Positions 1-7,776 of a stretch of DNA of 64,000 bases are shown in pieces (position 1 is the stretch's first letter; every line of letters begins with the position of its first letter). The notes below the pieces were generated by a model. It saw only the letters and a program-made list of their open reading frames with translations. It did not search any database and had not been told where the DNA came from. Origin of the DNA: an uncultured Pseudomonadota bacterium (GTDB taxonomy: Bacteria; Oederibacteriota; Muellerivitia; Muellerivitales; Muellerivitaceae); assembly GCA_963836235.1 (NCBI GenBank), contig CAWIIP010000002.1, positions 1,088,001 to 1,152,000 of the forward strand. Reading direction: 5' to 3'. The position numbers and the translations under genes are program-made.

Positions 1-1090
1 GAGTGGGGGTCGGGCTGCAGACCGCCAAGATAGTCACTGGGTTGGAAGTAACCGGCCCCAGGGGTGCGCCTAAATTCAATTGAGCTGAGTTATTGAAAGT
101 ATTATTGCAACTATTGGCTGTCGCTGCGACTTGAACCGTCGCGGCTGAACCAGCCACTAAACTTCCCAAGTTCCAATTGACGATTTGCCCCGTGACTGAC
201 GGACTACCAGTGGCCGTAAAATAATTCAACCCAGCGGGCAAAGTATCCAACAGATTCACATTATCAAAATCCGGCGATTGGACAACTTGGACGTTGTCAA
301 AAACCACCTCCGAATTCCCCTGCACTTGGATTCCGGGAAAGCCTGGCGCCAATTGGACCGTTGTGCTTGCCGTGGCCACCTGGACTCCATTCACATAGGC
401 GGTCAATATGGCGGGGTTGACTCCCGACACGGCTAACTTGATCGTAGACCAAACCCCAGTGTTGATCGTCGCGCTCGCGGTCATAGGGGTTTGAAAAGCA
501 CCGCCATCCTCCTGAACCACTAGGTTGATGTTGTTACTGGTTCCCTGGGAAACCGTCATCTGGTATTGGCCGTCGGCAACATCATTGCGCCACATTAAGG
601 CAGCCGCGTTTCCACTGTTGGGAAAATAAAAATCGGCCTGGATTGAACCATCTGTTACCGGGCCCGCCCCGTTGTAAACCAATCGGCCGCAAAGGGGACC
701 GCATCCATTGTTATAAACCGCCGACACGGCTTGGCTTCCCGGGCTCGTGGTGCCGTTTAGTACGTTGATCACCGTCTGGGTAATGGCATAACCTGAACTT
801 CCGCCATAGGTCGTCCATCCCGTGGGCATCCCCCCTGCGGTGTCGGCTTCAAATGTGTCCATCGTGGTCACGGGCACGCCGGTGTTGCCATAGGCTAGGT
901 TGTAGATGACCACTTGCCCTCCCGTGACCACCGTGGAAGGGGAAGATAGGTTCAGGAAAGCGGAGGATGATATCGTTGATGTGGCCGTGGGTGAGGGCGT
1001 GGCGGTTTGGCCCAGGGCTTGACCCACCCTAAAACCTCCTCCCCAAAAGGCGATAAATAAAAAAGACAGAATTGTCCTCATCCAAAACAT
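1..1090 (-). CDS. Secreted protein, partial (3' end runs off the window): DUF11-like Ig domain interrupted by a ConA/LamG-like beta-sandwich, then the start of a Thr/Pro linker
   Basis: Not in the ORF track because it is truncated. ATG at 1090 with GAGG upstream; hand translation MFWMRTILSFLFIAFWGGG... (signal-like), GQVVIYNLAYGNTG ... NVNLLDTLPAGLNYFTATGSPSVTGQIVNWNLGSLVAG (DUF11-like); open to position 1. Confidence 0.8.
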   Translation of the reverse strand, partial: MFWMRTILSFLFIAFWGGGFRVGQALGQTATPSPTATSTISSSAFLNLSSPSTVVTGGQVVIYNLAYGNTGVPVTTMDTFEADTAGGMPTGWTTYGGSSGYAITQTVINVLNGTTSPGSQAVSAVYNNGCGPLCGRLVYNGAGPVTDGSIQADFYFPNSGNAAALMWRNDVADGQYQMTVSQGTSNNINLVVQEDGGAFQTPMTASATINTGVWSTIKLAVSGVNPAILTAYVNGVQVATASTTVQLAPGFPGIQVQGNSEVVFDNVQVVQSPDFDNVNLLDTLPAGLNYFTATGSPSVTGQIVNWNLGSLVAGSAATVQVAATANSCNNTFNNSAQLNLGAPLGPVTSNPVTILAVCSPTPT

Positions 1091-1112
1091 GAAAAACCTC
1101 TTTTTTTCGCCT

Positions 1113-2444
1113 TCACTTAGAATCCGTTGATCCTTTATATTTCACAAGCCAATCCCGCAAAGCCTTGTTGTCTGGTTTTAATTGGAGGACTTTTTCAAAG
1201 CACTGAATGGCATAAACTTTTTCATCCAAATGGTAATAATCATTAGCCAAGGCCTGCCAAAGAAGATCATCCGATGGTTTTTCCTTGATCGCATCCACGT
1301 AAATTCCCATGGCTTCTTTCAGTTTACCTTCTTTTTCTAACTCCTGTCCTTGCGCCAGTGGATCGGTGGAAATTTTAAAATGAACTTCCACATCTTTTGA
1401 GGGGGTTTCGGGCGCCTGCTGTACCACCGTCACCGGTACCTGAACGGGCACCCTCACCACTTCTTTAGGCAGGTCGAATTGGTAGCCCAAGCTGATGCGA
1501 TTGGATGACCCCAAACTACCGAATGGAAGATAAGCGTAATCCAAAGATAAGGAAGAAATTTTGATCCCTGCCCCGGCGGTAAGGCCTGTGAGACCCTCGA
1601 TCTGGTTGTCATAAAAAGTCTGTTGATAACCCAATCGTAGGGCCCATTGCCGGTCCAGTGAACCTTCCAATCCTGCTTGGGCGGAGCCCACTCCTCCCGG
1701 TGTCCAAGACCCGGCCAGGGCCGCCAAAAGGGTGAAATGGGGATTGAGATCAACAAGGACCGATCCCCCGCCATTCAATTCACCGGCAAGGGCATTACCG
1801 GCCACGGGAGTGCCAAAATTTAGGTAGGAGACACCCAGCCGCAGATTTTTTTGGGGTAACCAAAGAAGACCAGCGTCACCGGCCAAACTGGTGTAAAGGT
1901 CGTTCACGACCTTTTGTTGGAGTCCCCTCAGCGCGAGACCGACCGAAAATCCGGGGAACCATTCCATTCCCCATCCGGCGGTAAAACCCACATCACTATC
2001 ATTGAAACTACCTTCGGATACACCATAAGTATTCCGAAGATCGAGGCTCCCCCATCCCACATAATCCAACGAAAAAGCCAGCCCCCCCAAACTCCCAGCG
2101 GGAAAGCCCGCCGTAAGGGTTTCCTGAAAAGTCCCAGCCAAGTAGCTGTTATGGTGAAGGGCGACGTCGGGGCTTTTCAAATTCGCGAGTCCCGCCGGGT
2201 TGAAAAAAAGGGCGGAGGTGTCGTCGGCCACTCCCACGAAGGCTGATCCCAAGGCTAAGTCCCGGGCCGAGCCCTCAAAGTTTTCCAGGGGCGCCGCCAG
2301 GCCCGCTGTCCCCGTTACTGTTTGTGCAAACGAATTTTTAGAAAAAAGTGTCGTCATCAGAGAAATACATAGAAAGGCTAGGGCAAAAGGAATTTTAAGT
2401 TTTGAAAAGCCGGACGGCTTCATGGCTGCCTCCGGCAAAATCAT
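1113..2444 (-). CDS. PorV/PorQ (UPF0164)-family outer-membrane beta-barrel with C-terminal TPR
   Basis: SARDLALGSAFVGVADDTSALFFNPAGLA N-terminal motif, amphipathic strands ending ISLGYQF, then Pro/Val linker and TPR helices (AIQCFEKVLQLKPDN). Confidence 0.8.
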   Translation of the reverse strand: MILPEAAMKPSGFSKLKIPFALAFLCISLMTTLFSKNSFAQTVTGTAGLAAPLENFEGSARDLALGSAFVGVADDTSALFFNPAGLANLKSPDVALHHNSYLAGTFQETLTAGFPAGSLGGLAFSLDYVGWGSLDLRNTYGVSEGSFNDSDVGFTAGWGMEWFPGFSVGLALRGLQQKVVNDLYTSLAGDAGLLWLPQKNLRLGVSYLNFGTPVAGNALAGELNGGGSVLVDLNPHFTLLAALAGSWTPGGVGSAQAGLEGSLDRQWALRLGYQQTFYDNQIEGLTGLTAGAGIKISSLSLDYAYLPFGSLGSSNRISLGYQFDLPKEVVRVPVQVPVTVVQQAPETPSKDVEVHFKISTDPLAQGQELEKEGKLKEAMGIYVDAIKEKPSDDLLWQALANDYYHLDEKVYAIQCFEKVLQLKPDNKALRDWLVKYKGSTDSK

Positions 2445-2470
2445 AACATTCCCGGAAGGCTCTTCCTATT

Positions 2471-2498
2471 TATAGATACGTCGGATAAACAAAAGTTA
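2471..2498 (-). promoter_or_regulatory. Possible ECF-type promoter for the PorV-like gene
   Basis: Minus strand TAACTT-N16-TCTATA resembles the sigmaE consensus GAACTT-N16-TCTAA. Confidence 0.3.
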
Positions 2499-3140
2499 TT
2501 TGCCCGTTTCAATACTCACGTTTTTGGACATTTCGGTGGCGCCGGATTTGACCCGAATGCGGTAATCCCCCGTGGGGGCCTGGGACCCATCAGAAAGAAG
2601 GCCATCCCAACGGATCGACCATTTTCCCGGGGCAAGGCTGCCTTGGTAAAGGGTACGAACTGTTTGTTCTTTCGGATCGAGGATACAGACTTCCACCGGC
2701 GCCGGTTTATCCAATTCCACGACCACACTCAAGCGGTTTCCCTCGGCCGTGGAACCCGTCAAACGCTGGGGAACCTGGAGAGGCGGAGGTGGCAAGATAA
2801 CTTTGGGCCGGGAAAGGGTAGCGGGTATCACCACTTTCTCCAGAGGTGTTGCGGTCTGTGCTGTTTCCAGAACGGCTTTGGGCCAAAGAGACCAGGCGAG
2901 AATACCCGCCGAGAAAGTGGTCGCCAACAAGGCCAATTTGGTCAGGGAAAGGGCCGGATGAGGGAGCCCAAAGTTTTTCGGAATCATAGGTACTGGCAAT
3001 CCCATGGCCAGATATTCTTGTTTCATTTTTTCGCCGAACCGAAGGGCCTCTTCGGAGGAATTTCCCAAAAGGTCTTCAAGACTCTGGGCTTCGGCTTCGG
3101 TCAGATTCCGGCTGAAAAATTCATTTACTAGGTTTGTCAT
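2496..3140 (-). CDS. Putative anti-sigma factor with one TM helix and a C-terminal FlgD-Ig/sorting-domain-like module
   Basis: Overlaps the sigma stop codon (ATGA); short helical N-terminus (LTEAEAQSLEDLL), TM segment, Pro-rich linker, VRTLYQGSLAPGKWSIRWDGLLSDGSQAPTGDYRIRV. Confidence 0.7.
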   Translation of the reverse strand: MTNLVNEFFSRNLTEAEAQSLEDLLGNSSEEALRFGEKMKQEYLAMGLPVPMIPKNFGLPHPALSLTKLALLATTFSAGILAWSLWPKAVLETAQTATPLEKVVIPATLSRPKVILPPPPLQVPQRLTGSTAEGNRLSVVVELDKPAPVEVCILDPKEQTVRTLYQGSLAPGKWSIRWDGLLSDGSQAPTGDYRIRVKSGATEMSKNVSIETGK

Positions 3141-3742
3141 AGCTTCCCTTCTTGCAACATCTTCTCGACCTTTTCTTTCAGCCCTGCCGTACAGCGGGCC
3201 AAGCGGGACATGACCGTTCCCATCGGAACTTTCAAGGCCCTGGCTATCTCGATATAACTTGCGCTTTCTTTCATCCTCAATTGAAGCATCTTTTTACAGG
3301 GCTCCCCCATGCTTTCCAAGGCCCGGTCGACGGTTTCCATCTTCGCTTTCCGTTCCTTGTCCCGGTCCGCCTGATCGGCGGCTTCCAAAGCCCGGGGCTT
3401 AAGTCGTTCTTCCAGGTCTTCTTCGGCTTGCGACACCATCCGGCCGCGCTTTCGGAAATGCCGGTAACACTGGTGAATGCAAATTTGCGTCAGCCAGGTA
3501 TCCAGGCTGGAACGGAACTCAAACTGGTCTAACTTTTGGAAAGCAGCCAGAAAAGCTTCCTGAAGGATGTCCTCGATTTCCGGGTCATTGGACCCCATGA
3601 AATAAACACAAAAGCTATAGAGCTTTTGCTGGTGGGCCCGGTAAAACTCCGTTTTGGCCCTCTCGTCGCCCTTTAGGATCCGTCCAACCAGTTCCCGCTC
3701 GTCCAAAGGAGCTCCTATCGACTTAGTACCATTTCGGGCCAA
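3137..3742 (-). CDS. ECF RNA polymerase sigma-70 factor
   Basis: Region 2 (EDILQEAFLAAFQKLDQFEFRSSLDTWL) and region 4 (SYIEIARALKVPMGTVMSRLAR). Confidence 0.95.
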   Translation of the reverse strand: MARNGTKSIGAPLDERELVGRILKGDERAKTEFYRAHQQKLYSFCVYFMGSNDPEIEDILQEAFLAAFQKLDQFEFRSSLDTWLTQICIHQCYRHFRKRGRMVSQAEEDLEERLKPRALEAADQADRDKERKAKMETVDRALESMGEPCKKMLQLRMKESASYIEIARALKVPMGTVMSRLARCTAGLKEKVEKMLQEGKL

Positions 3743-3857
3743 AATATTCCCTGGCGGCCCTGAATTTATTTCGAAGAAAGTGAACTGACAAGATACGACT
3801 TATCACCGGAAGTAAAAAATCAGAGAGGTTTTCAATTGCTATGCCCGAATTAAAAGC

Positions 3858-3873
3858 ATGAAACCGGTTTCAT
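3858..3873. promoter_or_regulatory. Perfect 16-bp palindrome ATGAAACCGGTTTCAT, LacI/GalR-family (cre-like) operator candidate
   Basis: Matches TGWAANCGNTNWCA; lies ~115 bp upstream of the ECF sigma start. Confidence 0.6.
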
Positions 3874-4050
3874 TAGAAAGTTCAATGGATTATAAGACAG
3901 AAAGGATGGCTTCAAAAGGTTGGAGAAGAGTCTCTAGGATTAAAATTAAATTTATGCTGTTTTGAAATTACCGGTTCACCAATAGAACGGCTGTTCCATC
4001 AGTGAATCAAATTCTGCTTTAATTCCAACGGAAAATCCCATTTCGCAGTT

Positions 4051-7000
4051 TTAACGAAGGATCAGCAATTTCCCGATAAATCGGCCCTGGTTGGTTTGGA
4101 TCACAGTGTAATAAAGCCCGCTGGCCAGGGGTTTTCCCCAGTTGTCGTTAAGAATAACCGTGACCGGCCCATAGACCTGTGGTGGATAAGACTTCTCCTG
4201 GACCTTCCGGAAAGCGGTAGTGAAAATCTGAACCTTAATACCAGATTGCCCTAAGTAAGCTGGCGGTAAAACTTGAATGGGGTTCCCATCACTGGGATTA
4301 GGATAAAGAAGTGCCGCGGATCCGACTATTGGAGTAGGTGTCGGCGAACCGCCGGAAGCAAGGAAAACTGTCCCAGTCACGGTAGGCGTACTTGTAGCGG
4401 AGGCTGTGGGAGTGGCTGTAGCGCTTGTAGTAGGGGTTGTAGTGGGTGTTTCCGTGGGTTCGGCGATGGTAATGATGGCCGATCCAACCGGATTCCAATA
4501 AACAGCCGCGGGCTGGCCCGTAACGAGGTCCACACCTGAAGGGCCCGGAATACTGATCCCATAGGTACCGGTCGGAGCGGAAGAATTGAAATTGTAAACG
4601 ACCAAATAAACCTGTGACCCCAGGGTTCCCTGTAGATAGCCATTGACCCCGATATTGGCCGTCCCGTTATCCGAGGGATAGGTTCCCGTCCCCAAAAGGG
4701 TGTCCCCCGCATCCACCTGGCCATCACCATTATTGTCGGCGTAAATGGCGACGTTGGTGATCCCCGTCTGGTCGTTACCTGTTCCCGATGCAGTCAATTG
4801 GATGGCCGTAATGGAAACGGGATCGCTACCTTCATTAACAAGCTTAAATTGCATAACCGCCACAAGCGTGGATCCCGAAACTTGGGTGCTGTTGGAAGGC
4901 GGCGCCGGACCCGTCGAAACCGCGATAGTCACGCGGGTAGGGGAAGAAGTCGGTGAAAAAGTTGGGGACGGGGTAACCGTAAACGTCATCGAATCCGTTG
5001 GACTATTCGTGGGAGTGGCGCTATTTGGCAAAGTCGAGGTGGAGGTTGCCGTAGAAGTTGGGGTCCTTGTCACCGAGGGTGTAAGGCTATTGGCGGGTGT
5101 GGGAGTAGCGGTAATGCTGGCCGTCAAGGTCGTGGTGGATGTGGGTGTGAAGGTGGAACTAAAAGTGGCGGTGGTAGTTGCGGTATTGGTGGGAGTGATA
5201 GTGAACGTGGAGGAAGGCGTGAAGGTTAAGGATGGGCTTAAGGTTCCGGTGGGGCTATCGATTGGAGTAAAGGTGATCGTAGGCGTGTAAGTTACCGTGG
5301 AGGTGGTGGTTGAAGTGGCGCTATTTGTGGAAGTAAACGTGGCCGTGGAAGTGGGGGTCGCGGTTTCGGTCATGGTAGCGGTTCGCGAAGCCGTATTGGA
5401 GGCGGTCGAAGTGGCCGAGAAGGTTGCCGTAAAGGTGGCGCTTGAGGTGGGTGTTGAAGTTCGGGTCAGGGTGATTGTGTTGGTTAAGGTGTTCGTTGGG
5501 CTGGCCGTTGGACTATTGGTAAGGGTCCCGGTCACCGTTTTCGAGGGGGTTTGGGTCGGGCTTGCGGTAGAAGTGCGAGTCGGTGTTGCGGTAGGCGTAG
5601 GCCCGGTGGAAGTGACAAAAGCCGAGGCCATGATCATATAGGAAGCGGTGTAATAAAGTCCCGTTTCGTTCACCACCCAGGGCACGGTCTGATTGCCGCT
5701 GGAGTCCACGTAATCCCAATCACGGTATTCTTTCTCATAGGGCGGTTCCACATTGCCGGCTAACATCGGCGGTTGGGCTAGTCCCCCGGCGGCTTGGTAC
5801 CCATGGCTGGGCCCATCCGGAACGATTCCTGGGGGTGGGCCGAAGCTGGAAGGTCCGCTGTCGCTGATGCCGAAATTATCCGTTCCCGAATAATAGGGAT
5901 AGAGCGGGTCGATGACCGAAGCGGGTTTGCCGATGAAATTGTTATAGGAAAAAGTGACTCCGTAATTCCCGAACCAGGAGTGGTAAATACGCCAAATTCC
6001 ATGGGAGGCGCCAAGAGCGGCCGCGTTGGTCATGAGGGTCATGTTTACCGGGTTGCTTCCATTCATGTAATGAAGAAAGTCCTCGGCGTGTTGCAGGCAC
6101 TGGGCGCTGGTATAGGTCCCCGTCGCCCCCAGCTTGGAGGCCCATACTAGGTCCATGCCGTAGTTCATCTTTACTTCGTCAGCTCCCCAAAAATAGTCGT
6201 AACTGTGCATACCGGAGTTATAAAAATCGTTCTGGGCGAACAGGTCGCCAATCAGGTTGGACCAATCACCTTTCATGTAGTTGACCACTGACACAGTGGC
6301 GCCGGAGGCTTGCATGTAGGTCAACATACCCCAATTCTGCTGGAATAAATCCTCATTAAGCCAAAACCCATTCCAGGTTTGATAGTTATCCACGATGGAT
6401 TGGGCAGCGCTAATGATCGAGGCGGGCCCGCTAAGGGCTTCTTCCATACGGAAGATCTCAGCGGCGGCCCAAAACCGTTGATCACTGGCCGTGGCCGTGG
6501 ACACGAAGCTGTTCCAGGTGTTTTCCGCGGCGGTCCGTAGTGTCACCGCGTAACTGGCCAAGCCCGGTACTCCGAACATGACCCGGGCCGCGTGTGACAT
6601 CAGGGCCACGAACTGGGCCTCCCCCGCAGGATTAGGAGGATAGTAATAACGCGTGGTGGGATCGGTGCTGGGCGGGGAACCAGTCGTATAAACCGTTTGG
6701 TGCACCACCGAAAGCACATGGTGGTCGGTCATCTGCATCTTTAAGTACCAGTCCAATTCCCACTTGGCTTCGTTCAGGATATCGGGATTGCCGTTGCCCG
6801 ATTCGGGGATGTTGCTTTGCAGGCCTGTGAAAAGGGAGGGATTCCACTCGTAGGCCGTGAGGAGGTCCCAAAGAGCTTCCCCGCTGTCCCCGCCCCAATT
6901 GTTGCAGGCCCCGGTTGGAGTCTGGCCGATGTATTTGTTGTAATCCCCGGCATCGTGCCATCCCCCCATTAGGTTCAAGGTGCCGTAGCTGTTGGGAAAA

Positions 7001-7527
7001 GTACATCCGGGTGCAGGTCCACATGCCGCATCCGAAGTATGGCAGGCGGAGGCATCCGCCCAGTTAGCCCCGGCATAAGCCGCGGGTTTGGCGGTTCCAC
7101 ACCTTTGATAATAGAGGGCCTTGAGGGTGGCCGTCATGGGCGCCTGATAAACGGAATCCGAGATGGTGAAGTTATAGGATTGCTCGTTCAGGGTGGAAGA
7201 GAGCAAATAGTATTGTCCAGCAGTTGTAAAGGCGGAAAAATCCACCCACCATAAGGTATCCCCGGAAATTCGCGGGTTAGTCGGATCAGTCCCTTTACTG
7301 GTAATAGTGGTGGTGGTGTAAACCAATGTATTGGTGGTGGCGTTGTACAGTCCCACGCTGGAACCAGGGTTGGCGGTGAAATAAGCGATCTTCGTATCCG
7401 TGGTACGGTAACCGAAATGATCAAGTTTGATATTGCCCAATATGGACGCAGCAGTTGAAGCCTGGACAAACAGGCCTAAGGCTAGGCCCGCCAACCAGGG
7501 AAAGTATTTTTTCAGACTAAATTTCAT
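4051..7527 (-). CDS. GH9 endoglucanase with N-terminal Ig domain, Thr-rich stalk, beta-sandwich and T9SS-like CTD
   Basis: Signal peptide; IKLDHFGY Ig start; LYYQRCG, GGWHDAGDYNKY, EAKWELDW, VVNE catalytic motifs; C-terminal YPNP...ASGLYY...KLLILR. Confidence 0.92.
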   Translation of the reverse strand: MKFSLKKYFPWLAGLALGLFVQASTAASILGNIKLDHFGYRTTDTKIAYFTANPGSSVGLYNATTNTLVYTTTTITSKGTDPTNPRISGDTLWWVDFSAFTTAGQYYLLSSTLNEQSYNFTISDSVYQAPMTATLKALYYQRCGTAKPAAYAGANWADASACHTSDAACGPAPGCTFPNSYGTLNLMGGWHDAGDYNKYIGQTPTGACNNWGGDSGEALWDLLTAYEWNPSLFTGLQSNIPESGNGNPDILNEAKWELDWYLKMQMTDHHVLSVVHQTVYTTGSPPSTDPTTRYYYPPNPAGEAQFVALMSHAARVMFGVPGLASYAVTLRTAAENTWNSFVSTATASDQRFWAAAEIFRMEEALSGPASIISAAQSIVDNYQTWNGFWLNEDLFQQNWGMLTYMQASGATVSVVNYMKGDWSNLIGDLFAQNDFYNSGMHSYDYFWGADEVKMNYGMDLVWASKLGATGTYTSAQCLQHAEDFLHYMNGSNPVNMTLMTNAAALGASHGIWRIYHSWFGNYGVTFSYNNFIGKPASVIDPLYPYYSGTDNFGISDSGPSSFGPPPGIVPDGPSHGYQAAGGLAQPPMLAGNVEPPYEKEYRDWDYVDSSGNQTVPWVVNETGLYYTASYMIMASAFVTSTGPTPTATPTRTSTASPTQTPSKTVTGTLTNSPTASPTNTLTNTITLTRTSTPTSSATFTATFSATSTASNTASRTATMTETATPTSTATFTSTNSATSTTTSTVTYTPTITFTPIDSPTGTLSPSLTFTPSSTFTITPTNTATTTATFSSTFTPTSTTTLTASITATPTPANSLTPSVTRTPTSTATSTSTLPNSATPTNSPTDSMTFTVTPSPTFSPTSSPTRVTIAVSTGPAPPSNSTQVSGSTLVAVMQFKLVNEGSDPVSITAIQLTASGTGNDQTGITNVAIYADNNGDGQVDAGDTLLGTGTYPSDNGTANIGVNGYLQGTLGSQVYLVVYNFNSSAPTGTYGISIPGPSGVDLVTGQPAAVYWNPVGSAIITIAEPTETPTTTPTTSATATPTASATSTPTVTGTVFLASGGSPTPTPIVGSAALLYPNPSDGNPIQVLPPAYLGQSGIKVQIFTTAFRKVQEKSYPPQVYGPVTVILNDNWGKPLASGLYYTVIQTNQGRFIGKLLILR

Positions 7528-7776
7528 TTCGAAACACCCAAAGCTGAAATTGATTTAAGCCAAAAATAACCGAATGTGTTAAGGCGATCCAATTTTACCG
7601 CATTTGGGGAGGTCTATTGGGAGACATATCTCAACAATAGCGGGCCGCTCGATAAACCTAAAAGCAACAACTTAATTTTTCACAGGGAAACAGCAAAGAA
7701 GTGGAGGAGAACTGCTTTTGTGTAGAACCCTTAAAGCGAAACCAAAACCTGTAGGTTCGCTTAAGCCACTAAGGGA

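Noticed and set aside
4700-4745. Dockerin in GH9 (DNNGDGQVDAGD)
   Set aside because: A single Ca-loop inside a beta-sandwich; the duplicated loop-helix of dockerins is absent
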